From the NCBI GenBank assembly GCA_038255145.1, contig JBBSLP010000001.1, forward strand, positions 3,682 to 67,681: a stretch of 64,000 nucleotides of DNA. Direction: 5' to 3'. The notes below the pieces were generated by a model. The model saw only the letters and a list, made by a program, of their open reading frames with translations, was not told the origin of the DNA and searched no databases. Origin of the DNA: Acidimicrobiales bacterium. Lineage in GTDB: Bacteria; Actinomycetota; Acidimicrobiia; Acidimicrobiales; CAIXPF01. Made by a program: the position numbers and the translations under genes. Below are positions 18,092 through 27,788 of this stretch, piece by piece (the stretch's first letter is position 1; every line of letters begins with the position of its first letter).

Positions 18092-18928
18092 ATGAACGTG
18101 ATCCGTGCCGCTTTGGTCCAGGCGAGCTGGACCGGCGACCAGGAGTCGATGATCAAGGTCCATGAGGAGCGAGCTCGGGAGGCGGCCGCGGCCGGCGCCC
18201 AGGTCATCTGCTTCCAGGAGCTGTTCTACGGCCCCTACTTCTGCCAGGTGCAGGACGCCGGGTTCTACAGCTACGCCGAGACCGTCCCCGGCCCCACCAC
18301 CGGGCGCTTCCAGGCCCTGGCCGCCGAGCTGGGCATGGTCATGGTCCTGCCCATGTACGAGCAGGAGCAGCCCGGGGTCCTCTACAACACGGCGGCCGTC
18401 ATCGACGCCGACGGCAGCTACCTGGGCAAGTACCGCAAGAGCCACATCCCCCAGACCCAGGGGTTCTGGGAGAAGTTCTACTTCCGCCCCGGCAACCTCG
18501 GGTACCCGGTCTTCGACACCGCGGTGGGCAAGGTCGGCGTCTACATCTGCTACGACCGCCACTTCCCCGAGGGCTGGCGGGCCCTGGGCCTGAACGGCGC
18601 CCAGATCGTCTTCAACCCCTCGGCCACCTCCCGGGGCCTGTCGGCCTACCTGTGGAAGCTCGAGCAGCCCGCCGCCGCGGTGGCCAACGAGTTCTTCGTC
18701 GGGGCCATCAACCGGGTGGGCATCGAGGACCTGGGCGACAACGACTTCTACGGCACCAGCTACTTCGTGGACGCCGAGGGCAAGTTCGTCGGCGAGCCCG
18801 CCGACGCCCAGGAACCCGAGCTCGTGGTGCGTGACCTGGACCTCGACCTGCTGACCGAGGTGCGCGACCGCTGGGCGTTCTACCGTGACCGCCGCCCCGA
18901 CAGCTACGAGGGACTGGTGCGACCGTGA
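18092..18928 (+). CDS. Beta-ureidopropionase / N-carbamoyl-amino-acid amidohydrolase (nitrilase superfamily)
   Basis: MNVIRAALVQASWTGD...ICFQELF...YRKSHIP...VYICYDRHFPE show the Glu-Lys-Cys carbon-nitrogen hydrolase motifs. Confidence 0.85.
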   Translation: MNVIRAALVQASWTGDQESMIKVHEERAREAAAAGAQVICFQELFYGPYFCQVQDAGFYSYAETVPGPTTGRFQALAAELGMVMVLPMYEQEQPGVLYNTAAVIDADGSYLGKYRKSHIPQTQGFWEKFYFRPGNLGYPVFDTAVGKVGVYICYDRHFPEGWRALGLNGAQIVFNPSATSRGLSAYLWKLEQPAAAVANEFFVGAINRVGIEDLGDNDFYGTSYFVDAEGKFVGEPADAQEPELVVRDLDLDLLTEVRDRWAFYRDRRPDSYEGLVRP

Positions 18929-20319
18929 CGACCACCGAACCGCAGCCCACGGCGACCGCGCCCACCGGCGCCGCCGATACCGCCGACACCGGCGCCCCCA
19001 CCACCGACGCCAACGATCCCATCGAGCTGGCCCGCCGCCACCGGGCCGTCACCCCCAAGTGGATGGCCCTCTACTACGACCAGCCCATCGAGCTGGTCCG
19101 AGGCGAGGGCCGCCACGTCTGGGACGGTGAGGGCACCCGCTACCTGGACTTCTTCGGCGGCATCCTCACCACCATGACGGGCCACGCCGTGCCCGAGGTC
19201 GTCGAGGCCCTCCAGGCCCAGGCGGCCAAGATGCTGCACAACTCGACCCTGTACCTGAGCCGGCCCATGGTCGAACTGGCCGAGCGGCTGTCCCAGCTGT
19301 CCGGCATCCCCGACGCCAAGGTCTTCGTCACCACCTCGGGCACCGAGGCCAACGAGACCGCCCTGCTCGCCGCCACCTCGTACCGGCGCAGCAACCAGAT
19401 CCTCGCCCTGCGAAACAGCTACCACGGCCGTTCCTTCGGCACCATCGCCATAACCGCCAACGGCAACTGGTCCCCCACCAGCCTGTCCGGCCTGCAGGTC
19501 AGCTTCGTGCACGGCGGCTACCGGCTGCGCAGCCCCTTCCGCCACCTCGACGACGCCGGCTACACGGCGGCCTGCGTGCAGGACCTGCGTGACGTGCTCG
19601 ACATGTGCACGGCCGGCGACGTGGCCGCCATGATCGCCGAGCCCATCCAGGGCGTGGGCGGCTTCGCCGTACCGCCGGACGGCTTCTTCGGGGCCATGGC
19701 CGAGGTCCTGCGCGAGCGGGGCATCCTCTTCATCTCCGACGAGGTCCAGACCGGCTTCGGCCGCACCGGGGACCACTTCTGGGGCTACCAGGCCCACGGT
19801 TTCGTCCCCGACCTGCTGACCGTGGCCAAGGGGGTGGGCAACGGCCTGTCCCTGGGCGCCGTCGTCGGCCGGGCCGACGTCATCGACAGCATCCCCGCCG
19901 CCGGGCTGTCCACCTTCGGTGGCAACCCCATGTCCTGCGCGGGGGCGGTGGCCAACCTCGACGTGCTCCTGTCCCAGGACCTCCAGGCCAACACCCGCCG
20001 CCAGGGCCCGGTGCTGGCCACCGCCCTCGACGCCATCGCCGCCCGCCACCCCTTCGTCGCCGAGGTGCGGGGCCGGGGCCTCATGCGGGCCATCGAGGTG
20101 TGCGTGCCCGGCACCACCGAACGCTCCGGGGGACCCGAGCCCTGGCCCGCCGGCGCCGCGGCCATGCTCGAGGCCACCAGGCGCCGGGGCCTGCTCGTGG
20201 GCAAGGGCGGCCTGTACGGCAACGTGCTGCGGATCGCCCCACCCCTGAGCGTCACCGACGCCGAGATGGCCGAAGCCATCGCCATCCTGGCCGACGCCGC
20301 CGACGAGGTCGGCCGGTGA
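18925..20319 (+). CDS. Class III (omega) aminotransferase
   Basis: 464 aa: GGILTTMTGHAVP...FISDEVQTGFGRTG...TVAKGVGNG (PLP lysine context). GTGA overlap with the upstream gene. Confidence 0.85.
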   Translation: MTTTEPQPTATAPTGAADTADTGAPTTDANDPIELARRHRAVTPKWMALYYDQPIELVRGEGRHVWDGEGTRYLDFFGGILTTMTGHAVPEVVEALQAQAAKMLHNSTLYLSRPMVELAERLSQLSGIPDAKVFVTTSGTEANETALLAATSYRRSNQILALRNSYHGRSFGTIAITANGNWSPTSLSGLQVSFVHGGYRLRSPFRHLDDAGYTAACVQDLRDVLDMCTAGDVAAMIAEPIQGVGGFAVPPDGFFGAMAEVLRERGILFISDEVQTGFGRTGDHFWGYQAHGFVPDLLTVAKGVGNGLSLGAVVGRADVIDSIPAAGLSTFGGNPMSCAGAVANLDVLLSQDLQANTRRQGPVLATALDAIAARHPFVAEVRGRGLMRAIEVCVPGTTERSGGPEPWPAGAAAMLEATRRRGLLVGKGGLYGNVLRIAPPLSVTDAEMAEAIAILADAADEVGR

Positions 20320-21734
20320 CGACCCTGATCACCAACGGCACCGTGATCAGCCCCACGGGCGCCACCCCGGCCGACGTGCTCATCGACGGCGAGCGCATCG
20401 TGGCCCTGGTCGAGCCGGGCTCCACCGCCTTGGGTAGCGACCTGGCCGCCACCGCCGGCCTGGTCATCGACGCCCGGGGGAAGTACGTCATCCCCGGCGG
20501 GGTCGACGTGCACACCCACATGGAGATGCCCTTCGGCGGCACCTTCTCGTCGGACACCTTCGAGACGGGCACCCGGGCCGCGGCCTGGGGCGGCACCACA
20601 ACCATCATCGACTTCGCCGTGCAGAACACCGGCGGTCGCGTGCAGGACGCCCTCGCCCTGTGGCACGAGAAGGCCGGCGGCAACTGCTGCATCGACTACG
20701 CCTTCCACCAGATCATCGGTGGCGTGGACGACGAGTCCATCAAGGCCATGGACGAGCTGGCCACCTCGGAAGGCATCACCAGCTTCAAGCTGTTCATGGC
20801 CTACCCGGGCGTCCTCTACTCCGACGATGCCCAGATCCTCCGGGCCATGCAGACGGCAGCGGACAACGGCTCGATGATCATGATGCACGCCGAGAACGGC
20901 ATCGCCATCGACCTGCTGGTGAAGCAGGCCCTGAGCCGGGGCCAGACCGACCCGAAGTACCACGTGCTCACCCGGCCGTGGGAGACCGAGGCCGAGGCCA
21001 CCAACCGGGCCATCATGCTGGCCCGCATCGCCGGCGCCCCCCTCTACATCGTGCACATGTCGGCCCACCAGGCCGTCGAGGTGCTGGCCCGGGCCCGCGA
21101 CGAGGGCCTGAACGTCTTCGGCGAGACCTGCCCCCAGTACCTGTACCTCTCCCTCGAGGAGCACCTGGCCGCTCCCGGCTTCGAGGGTGCCAAGTACGTG
21201 TGCTCGACGCCGGTGCGCTCCAAGGAGGGTGGCCAGCAGGACCTGCTGTGGCGCTACCTCCGTACCAACGACCTGTCCGTGGTCAGCACCGACCACTGCC
21301 CCTTCTGCTTCAAGGAGCAGAAGGAGATCGGCATCGGTGACTTCTCCAGGATCCCCAACGGCATCGGCACCGTCGAGCACCGCATGGACCTCATCTACCA
21401 GGGTGTGGTCGATGGCCAGCTGTCCTTGAACCGTTGGGTCGAGCTGTGCTCGACGACGCCGGCCCGCATGTTCGGCCTCTACCCCCGCAAGGGCATCCTC
21501 GCCCCCGGGGCCGACGCCGACGTGGTCATCTACGACCCCAACGCCACCACACGCATCAGCGTGGAGACGCACCACATGAACATGGACTACTCGGCCTTCG
21601 AGGGCACCGTCATCCAGGGCAAGGTGGACACGGTGCTGTCCCGGGGCCAGGTCGTGGTCCGCGACGACGCCTTCCACGGCAGCAAGGGCCACGGCCGCTA
21701 CCAGCGTCGCGGCCAGTCCCAGTACCTCCTGTGA
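20316..21734 (+). CDS. Dihydropyrimidinase / D-hydantoinase
   Basis: From GTG 20316: VTTLITNGTVISP...GGVDVHTHMEMPF...SFKLFMAY...IVHMS...STDHCPF are cyclic amidohydrolase metal-binding motifs. The track ORF 19605..21734 carries an upstream shadow extension. Confidence 0.9.
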   Translation: MTTLITNGTVISPTGATPADVLIDGERIVALVEPGSTALGSDLAATAGLVIDARGKYVIPGGVDVHTHMEMPFGGTFSSDTFETGTRAAAWGGTTTIIDFAVQNTGGRVQDALALWHEKAGGNCCIDYAFHQIIGGVDDESIKAMDELATSEGITSFKLFMAYPGVLYSDDAQILRAMQTAADNGSMIMMHAENGIAIDLLVKQALSRGQTDPKYHVLTRPWETEAEATNRAIMLARIAGAPLYIVHMSAHQAVEVLARARDEGLNVFGETCPQYLYLSLEEHLAAPGFEGAKYVCSTPVRSKEGGQQDLLWRYLRTNDLSVVSTDHCPFCFKEQKEIGIGDFSRIPNGIGTVEHRMDLIYQGVVDGQLSLNRWVELCSTTPARMFGLYPRKGILAPGADADVVIYDPNATTRISVETHHMNMDYSAFEGTVIQGKVDTVLSRGQVVVRDDAFHGSKGHGRYQRRGQSQYLL

Positions 21735-22816
21735 CCGCGGTCGACGAGGTGAGGACCACAGCCGTCCGCCGGCCGATGGAGTTCGGCGTCGTGCTGCAGA
21801 CCAACCCGCCGGCGTGGCGGGTGGTCGAGCTGACCCGACAGGCCGAGCTCCACGGCTTCACCCATGCGTGGACGTTCGACTCCCACCTGCTGTGGCAGGA
21901 GCCCTTCGTCATCTACAGCCAGATGCTGTCGGCCACCCACCGCATCATGGTCGGGCCCATGGTCACCAACCCGGCCACCCGGGACTGGACCGTCACCGCA
22001 TCGCTGTTCGCCACCCTCAACGACATGTTCGGCAACCGCACCATCTGTGGCATCGGCCGGGGCGACTCGGCCGTGCGGGTGACCAATGGGCGGCCCACCA
22101 CCCTGGCCACCCTGCGGGAAGCGATCGACGTCATCCGGGGTCTGGCCAACGGCGAAGAGGTCACCTACCGCGACCGCACCCTGCGCCTGCCCTGGGGTGG
22201 GGACAGCCGCCTCGACGTGTGGGTGGCGGCGTACGGGCCCAAGGCCCTGGCCCTGACGGGCGAGGTGGCCGACGGCTTCATCCTGCAGCTGGCCGACCCC
22301 GACATCGTGGCCTGGAGCATCGCCGCCGTGCGCCGGGCCGCCGAGGCTGCCGGGCGTGACCCCGCCGCGGTGAAGATCTGCGTGGCCGCCCCGGCCTACG
22401 TGGGCGGCGTGGACACCCTCGAGCACCAGCGCGACCAGTGCCGCTGGTTCGGGGGCATGGTCGGCAACCACGTGGCCGACATCGTGGCCCGCTACGGGGC
22501 CGACGGTGGCGCGGTGCCCGACGCCCTGACCAGCTACATCGACGGCCGCAAGGGCTACGACTACAACCAGCACGGCAAGGCCGGCAACACCCACGCCGAC
22601 TTCGTGCCCGACGAGATCGTCGACCGCTTCTGCCTGCTGGGGCCCGTCGAGCACCACGTCGAACGCCTGGCCGAGCTGCGGGCCCTGGGGGTGGACCAGT
22701 TCGCCCTCTACCTGCAGCACGACGACCAGGACGCCACCCTCGCCGCCTACGGCGAACGGGTCATCCCCGCCGTGGTACGGCTCCCGCCTGCGGTGTCCGA
22801 GCTCCCCGAGCCGTGA
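21731..22816 (+). CDS. Luciferase-like monooxygenase (LLM) class flavin/F420-dependent oxidoreductase
   Basis: MEFGVVLQTNPPAWRVVELTRQAELHGFTHAWTFDSHLLWQEP...ICGIGRGDSAVR...VDQFALYL. The start is either GTG 21731 (GTGA overlap) or ATG 21776. Confidence 0.8.
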   Translation: MTAVDEVRTTAVRRPMEFGVVLQTNPPAWRVVELTRQAELHGFTHAWTFDSHLLWQEPFVIYSQMLSATHRIMVGPMVTNPATRDWTVTASLFATLNDMFGNRTICGIGRGDSAVRVTNGRPTTLATLREAIDVIRGLANGEEVTYRDRTLRLPWGGDSRLDVWVAAYGPKALALTGEVADGFILQLADPDIVAWSIAAVRRAAEAAGRDPAAVKICVAAPAYVGGVDTLEHQRDQCRWFGGMVGNHVADIVARYGADGGAVPDALTSYIDGRKGYDYNQHGKAGNTHADFVPDEIVDRFCLLGPVEHHVERLAELRALGVDQFALYLQHDDQDATLAAYGERVIPAVVRLPPAVSELPEP

Positions 22817-23784
22817 CCGGCACCACCCTGGATCCGGCCCCGCCCACCGCGCCGAACGATGAGGTGCCCCAGCCCCCCAGGCGTGGAGGCGGGCCCGTGC
22901 TGGCGGCGTGGGCCGGGCGCACGGCTCGCAAGGCCCTGGTCCTGGTGGGGGTGGTGGTGGCCGTGGGGCTGGTGTGGACGGGCTACAAGGCCCTGGGCCA
23001 GGCCACCGACGGCCATTGGCCGGGCACGTCGATCGACCTGCCCGTGCCCACCGACGACCGCACCCTGCCCCCGTTCTGGGACATCCTGCGGCGCTTCTTC
23101 GAGCCCCAGCGCCGCGGTGACGACACCCAGCTGTGGCGCTTCATCCTCGATGCCGCCGCCTTCACCTTCCGCGAGGCCGCGGTGGGCTTCGTCATCGGCC
23201 TGGCCGTGGGGCTGGGCCTGGCCCTGGCCATGCTGCGATCGGGCTGGCTCGAGCGGGGCCTGCTCCCCTACGTGGTCGTGTCCCAGACCATCCCCCTCAT
23301 CGCCCTCGCCCCCCTGGTGGTGGCGTGGGGCAACCAGCTCGACGTGGGCTTCATCACCTGGCAGCCGTGGATGTCGGTGGCCATCATCGCCACCTACCTG
23401 ACCTTCTTCCCCGTCACCATCGGCGCTCTGCGGGGGTTGAAGTCGCCCGCCCCCGAGGCACTCGAGCTCATGCGCAGCTGCGCGGCGGGGTGGTGGGCCA
23501 CCGTGCGCAAGCTGCGGCTGCCGGCGTCGGTCCCCTACCTGATCCCGGCCATGAAGGTGGCGGCCACCGCCTCGGTGGTGGGCGCCATCGTGGGCGAGAT
23601 CTCCGCCGGGGTGCGGGGTGGCCTGGGTCGGCTCATCATCGACTACGCCCAGCAGTACCTGAGCGACCCCACCCGCCTGTACGCCGTGGTCATCGGGGCC
23701 GGCCTGTTGGGCATCGCCGCCGTGGCCCTGGTCGACCTGCTCGACCGCGCCCTGATGCGCAACCGCCCCCGGGAGGCCCGATGA
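22813..23784 (+). CDS. ABC transporter permease (NitT/TauT family)
   Basis: GTG 22813 (GTGA overlap). TM-rich; contains a conserved-looking stretch ALELMRSCAAGWWATVRKLRLPASVPYL that I take to be the EAA-loop region. Confidence 0.8.
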   Translation: MTGTTLDPAPPTAPNDEVPQPPRRGGGPVLAAWAGRTARKALVLVGVVVAVGLVWTGYKALGQATDGHWPGTSIDLPVPTDDRTLPPFWDILRRFFEPQRRGDDTQLWRFILDAAAFTFREAAVGFVIGLAVGLGLALAMLRSGWLERGLLPYVVVSQTIPLIALAPLVVAWGNQLDVGFITWQPWMSVAIIATYLTFFPVTIGALRGLKSPAPEALELMRSCAAGWWATVRKLRLPASVPYLIPAMKVAATASVVGAIVGEISAGVRGGLGRLIIDYAQQYLSDPTRLYAVVIGAGLLGIAAVALVDLLDRALMRNRPREAR

Positions 23785-24689
23785 CCGCCACGAGCCGACC
23801 GGCCCCGGCCGGGACCGACCCGGCCACCACCCAGGCCACCACTGCGGCCGCCATCACCGTGACCCGCGTCGACCAGGTGTTCAACGCCGGGCGATCCAAC
23901 CAGGTCGAGGCCCTGCGGGGCATCGACCTCGCCATCGCCCCCGGTGAGCTGGTGTCGCTCATCGGGCCGTCGGGCTGCGGCAAGTCGACCCTGCTGCGGG
24001 TCGTCGCCGACCTGGTCGAGCCCACCGGGGGCACGGTCACGGTGAACGGCAAGAGCGCCCGCCAGGCCCGCATCGACCAGGACTACGGCATGGCCTTCCA
24101 GCAGGCCGGCCTGTTCGACTGGCGCTCGGTGGCCCAGAACATCGAGCTGCCCCTCGAGCTCGCGGGTTGGGACAGGACCAGGCGCCGGGCCCGCTCCCGC
24201 CAGCTGCTCGAGCTCGTGCGGCTGGGTGAGTTCGCCGACCACCGCCCCTGGGAGCTGTCGGGCGGCATGCAGCAGCGGGTGGCCATCGCCCGGGCCCTGG
24301 CCGTGGAGCCCCCCATCCTGTTGATGGACGAGCCCTTCGGCGCCCTCGACGAGATGACCCGGGAGCACATGCAGGCCGAGCTGGTCCGCATCAGCGCCGA
24401 GACGGGCACCACCGTCGTCTTCGTCACCCACTCCATCCCCGAGGCCGTGTTCCTGTCCCGCCGGGTGGTGGTCATGTCGGCCCGGCCCGGGGCCATCACC
24501 CACATCGCCGCCATCGGCCTGGGCGCCCGCACCGAGGACACCCGCGAGGACCCCGCCTTCTTCGCCGCCGTCACCGAGGTGCGCGAGGCCCTGCGCGGCC
24601 GCATCGGTGCCAAGGCCACGGCCACGGCCACGGCAAAGGCCGCCGACGCCGACGCCGACGCCACAGCCATCGCCGGAGAGGAGCGATGA
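23781..24689 (+). CDS. ABC transporter ATP-binding protein
   Basis: Walker A GPSGCGKST, signature LSGGMQQRVAIARAL, Walker B ILLMDEPFGALD. ATGA overlap. Confidence 0.9.
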   Translation: MTATSRPAPAGTDPATTQATTAAAITVTRVDQVFNAGRSNQVEALRGIDLAIAPGELVSLIGPSGCGKSTLLRVVADLVEPTGGTVTVNGKSARQARIDQDYGMAFQQAGLFDWRSVAQNIELPLELAGWDRTRRRARSRQLLELVRLGEFADHRPWELSGGMQQRVAIARALAVEPPILLMDEPFGALDEMTREHMQAELVRISAETGTTVVFVTHSIPEAVFLSRRVVVMSARPGAITHIAAIGLGARTEDTREDPAFFAAVTEVREALRGRIGAKATATATAKAADADADATAIAGEER

Positions 24690-25522
24690 GCACGCCCACC
24701 CTGGGCGGCGGCAGCTCGACGCCCGTCGTCGCCACCCGGGGCCGCCCGGCGTGGGCCCGACCCGCCATCGTGCTGCCCCCGGTGATCGTGGGCGTGGTCG
24801 GCCTGGTGGGCTGGGAGCTGGTGGTGGACGTGTTCCACATCCAGAAGTTCCTGCTGCCCAAGCCCTCGGCCATCCTCGACGCCTTCGTGGAGAACCGCAC
24901 CGCCATCTGGACGGGGGCCAGGAAGACGGGCTGGGTGGCCATCAGCGGCCTGGTCGTCGGCGTGTTCGTGGCCGTGGTGGCCGCGCTGCTGTGCTCTCGC
25001 TCCAAGGTGCTGGCCGGGGTGCTCACCCCCCTGGCGTCGGCCCTGGCCGCCACACCGATCGTGGCCCTGGCCCCCGTGTACTTCAAGTGGTTCGGCCAGG
25101 TGGCACCCACGGCCAAACAGGCGGTGGTGGTGTCCGTCGTGGTGTTCCCCGTGCTCGTGGGCACGGCCCGGGGCCTGCTCGACTGCCAGGCGGTCCACCT
25201 CGAGCTCATGCGCACCTACGCGGCGGGCGAGTGGCGCACCATGCGCGAGGTGCGGGTGCCCAACGCCCTGCCCTTCTTCTTCACCTCCCTGAAGGTGGCG
25301 TCGTCCCTGGCCGTCATCGCCGCCATCGTCTCGGAGTACTTCGGCGGTGAGCAGGGCACCCTCGGCGGCGTCATCACCCAGTCCGCCGGACTCAGCCGCT
25401 ACGACCGGGCCTGGGCCGCGGTGCTGGCCGCCTCCATCCTGGGCATGGGCCTCTACGCCCTGGTCAGCATCATCGAGCGCCTGGCCCTGCCCCGCCATCG
25501 CCCCATCCTGGGCGTGGGGTGA
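24686..25522 (+). CDS. ABC transporter permease (NitT/TauT family)
   Basis: 278 aa, TM-rich, LELMRTYAAGEWRTMREVRVPNALPFFF. ATGA overlap. Confidence 0.85.
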   Translation: MSTPTLGGGSSTPVVATRGRPAWARPAIVLPPVIVGVVGLVGWELVVDVFHIQKFLLPKPSAILDAFVENRTAIWTGARKTGWVAISGLVVGVFVAVVAALLCSRSKVLAGVLTPLASALAATPIVALAPVYFKWFGQVAPTAKQAVVVSVVVFPVLVGTARGLLDCQAVHLELMRTYAAGEWRTMREVRVPNALPFFFTSLKVASSLAVIAAIVSEYFGGEQGTLGGVITQSAGLSRYDRAWAAVLAASILGMGLYALVSIIERLALPRHRPILGVG

Positions 25523-25610
25523 CCCGCCGACACCACCACGTTCCACCGGATCGACCGACCCCCCGACCCCGACACCCGACCTGACACCGATGAACCCTGT
25601 GGGAGGATCC

Positions 25611-26774
25611 ATGACCACCAAGCGGCGCACCAAGGTGTGCCTCGCCGTCCTCGCCCTCGCCCTGGTGGGCGCAGCGTGCGGGGGCAGCAACGACGACGAT
25701 GCCGCCACCACCACGGCTGCCGGCGGCAGCGGCACCACCGCCACCACCACGGCGGGCAAGCCGGTCGAGGTGAAGCTGCAGCTGCAGTGGGTGGCCCAGG
25801 CCCAGTTCGCCGGCTACTACGCCGCCGTGGACCAGGGCTTCTACGAGGACGAGGGTCTCGACGTGGAGATCATCGAGGGTGGTGTGGACATCGTGCCCCA
25901 GACCCAGCTGGCCACCGGCGCCGTCGACTTCGCCATCGCCTGGGTGCCCAAGGCCCTGGCCTCCCGTGACGAGGGCGCCGAGATCACCGACATCGGCCAG
26001 ATCTACCAGCGGTCGGGCACCCTGCAGGTGTCGTGGGCCGACTCCGGCATCACCGAGCCGGCCGACCTGGCCGGCAAGAAGGTGGGCAACTGGGGCTTCG
26101 GCAACGAGTTCGAGCTGTTCGCCGGGCTGAAGCAGGCCAAGATCGACCCCACCAGCGGGGTGACCCTGGTCCAGCAGCAGTTCGACATGGCCGCACTCCT
26201 GGCCAAGGAGATCGACGCCGCCCAGGCCATGACCTACAACGAGTACGCCCAGGTGCTCGAGCAGGTCAACCCGGCCACGGGCAAGCTGTACCAGCCCGAC
26301 GACCTCAACGTCATCAACTGGAACGACGTGGGCACGGCCATGCTCCAGGACGCCATCTGGGCCGACACCGAACGCCTCGACTCGGATCCCGAGTACAAGG
26401 CCACCGCGGTCAAGTTCCTCAAGGCGTCGATGGAAGGCTGGGCCTACTGCCGGGACAACTTCGACGCCTGCGTGCAGATCGTGCTCGACGCCGGACCCAC
26501 CCTGGGTGAGTCCCACCAGGCCTGGCAGCTGGCCGAGGTCAACAAGCTCATCTGGCCCTCGCCCGCCGGCATCGGGGTGATGGACAACGAGCTGTGGGAC
26601 CAGACCGTGGCCGTGGCCACCAGCGAGAAGATCGTCAAGGCCGAGCCCGACGAGAAGGCGTACACCAGCGACCTGGCCAAGCAGGCCGTGGACGAGCTCA
26701 AGGCCGACGGCGTCGACGTCTTCGGCAGCAGCTACAAGGCCCCCACCGTGGAGCTGAAGGAAGGCGGCGAGTAG
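25611..26774 (+). CDS. ABC transporter substrate-binding lipoprotein (NMT1/THI5-like)
   Basis: RBS GGGAGGA then ATG 25611. MTTKRRTKVCLAVLALALVGAACGG has a lipobox. LQLQWVAQAQFAGYYAAVDQGFYEDEGLDVE is typical of NMT1-like SBPs. Confidence 0.85.
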   Translation: MTTKRRTKVCLAVLALALVGAACGGSNDDDAATTTAAGGSGTTATTTAGKPVEVKLQLQWVAQAQFAGYYAAVDQGFYEDEGLDVEIIEGGVDIVPQTQLATGAVDFAIAWVPKALASRDEGAEITDIGQIYQRSGTLQVSWADSGITEPADLAGKKVGNWGFGNEFELFAGLKQAKIDPTSGVTLVQQQFDMAALLAKEIDAAQAMTYNEYAQVLEQVNPATGKLYQPDDLNVINWNDVGTAMLQDAIWADTERLDSDPEYKATAVKFLKASMEGWAYCRDNFDACVQIVLDAGPTLGESHQAWQLAEVNKLIWPSPAGIGVMDNELWDQTVAVATSEKIVKAEPDEKAYTSDLAKQAVDELKADGVDVFGSSYKAPTVELKEGGE

Positions 26775-26814
26775 CCGGCCCCGATCCCCGGCGGTAGCCC
26801 CCATGGGCTCCGGC

Positions 26815-26837
26815 GGATCGGGGGTTGTCCCCGATCC
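26815..26837 (+). terminator. Stem-loop after the operon; an upstream third copy of one arm allows an alternative pairing
   Basis: GGATCGGGG gttgt CCCCGATCC forms a perfect 9-bp stem. A second CCCCGATCC at 26779-26787 could pair with the same GGATCGGGG. No U tail. Confidence 0.4.
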
Positions 26838-26911
26838 GCCCGGGGCGGGCGAGGCGCACGATGGCTCCACAGACGGCGTTTCCGCCACGCCGCCGAACAC
26901 AGGAGCTGACC

Positions 26912-27730
26912 ATGGGATCCTTCCTCCGACGAGCCACCATCGCCGCCGCCGCCCTGGGCCTGGTCTCGGGTTCATTGCTGGCCGCCACCGCTCCGGGCGC
27001 CGGGGCCATCGTCGGCGGCTCGACCGCCCCCGTCGGGGACTCCGACTACGTCGTGCAGGTGAGCACCGGCTGCACCGGCAGCCTCATCCATCCCCGCTGG
27101 GTCCTCACCGCCGTGCACTGCGTCGAGACCATCACCCCCGCTCAGGTCGTGGTGAGGATCGGCAACCAGGACTACTGGTCCGGCGGCGAGTACCACGCCG
27201 TCGACGCCATCGTCCGCAACCCCGACTACCGGGGCGGGCCCAACGACGTGGCCCTGCTCTGGCTCGATGCCCCCTCGAAGAAGCCCACGGTCAAGCTGGG
27301 CAGCCCCGCCCGCAAGGGCTGGTGGGACGGGGTGGCCGCCGGTGGCATCGCCGGCAGCGACGTGGGCTGGGCCACCGGTTGGGGCTACATCGACACCAAC
27401 AGGACCCTGCCCTCGACCATCCAGCAGAAGATGGTCACCATCGTGCCCGACGACCCTGCCGACGAGCTCGCCGCCATGCGCATCTCGGTCAGCGGCGGGC
27501 CCTGCCAGGGCGACAGCGGCGGTCCCCTGCTGGTCTCCACCCCCGAGGGCATCGTCCAGGTGGGCGTGATGAAGGCGGCCAACTGCGTCGACGGCGCCTG
27601 GTACAGCGAGGTCGGCTCCGGACCCAACCGGGACTGGATCCGCTCCCAGATCACCGACCTCGACGACCCCGACCCCATCACCGACCCCAAGGGCATCGAG
27701 ATCGACCCCGGCGTCGGCTCCTGGTTCTGA
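26912..27730 (+). CDS. Secreted trypsin-like serine protease (S1 family)
   Basis: Signal peptide, IVGG, TAVHC (His), NDVALL (Asp), GDSGGPL (Ser). RBS AGGAG upstream of ATG 26912. Confidence 0.9.
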   Translation: MGSFLRRATIAAAALGLVSGSLLAATAPGAGAIVGGSTAPVGDSDYVVQVSTGCTGSLIHPRWVLTAVHCVETITPAQVVVRIGNQDYWSGGEYHAVDAIVRNPDYRGGPNDVALLWLDAPSKKPTVKLGSPARKGWWDGVAAGGIAGSDVGWATGWGYIDTNRTLPSTIQQKMVTIVPDDPADELAAMRISVSGGPCQGDSGGPLLVSTPEGIVQVGVMKAANCVDGAWYSEVGSGPNRDWIRSQITDLDDPDPITDPKGIEIDPGVGSWF

Positions 27731-27788
27731 ACCAGGCAGCTCTGAACCACGCGGCTCGGATCAGGCGGCTCGGATCAGGCAGGTCGGA

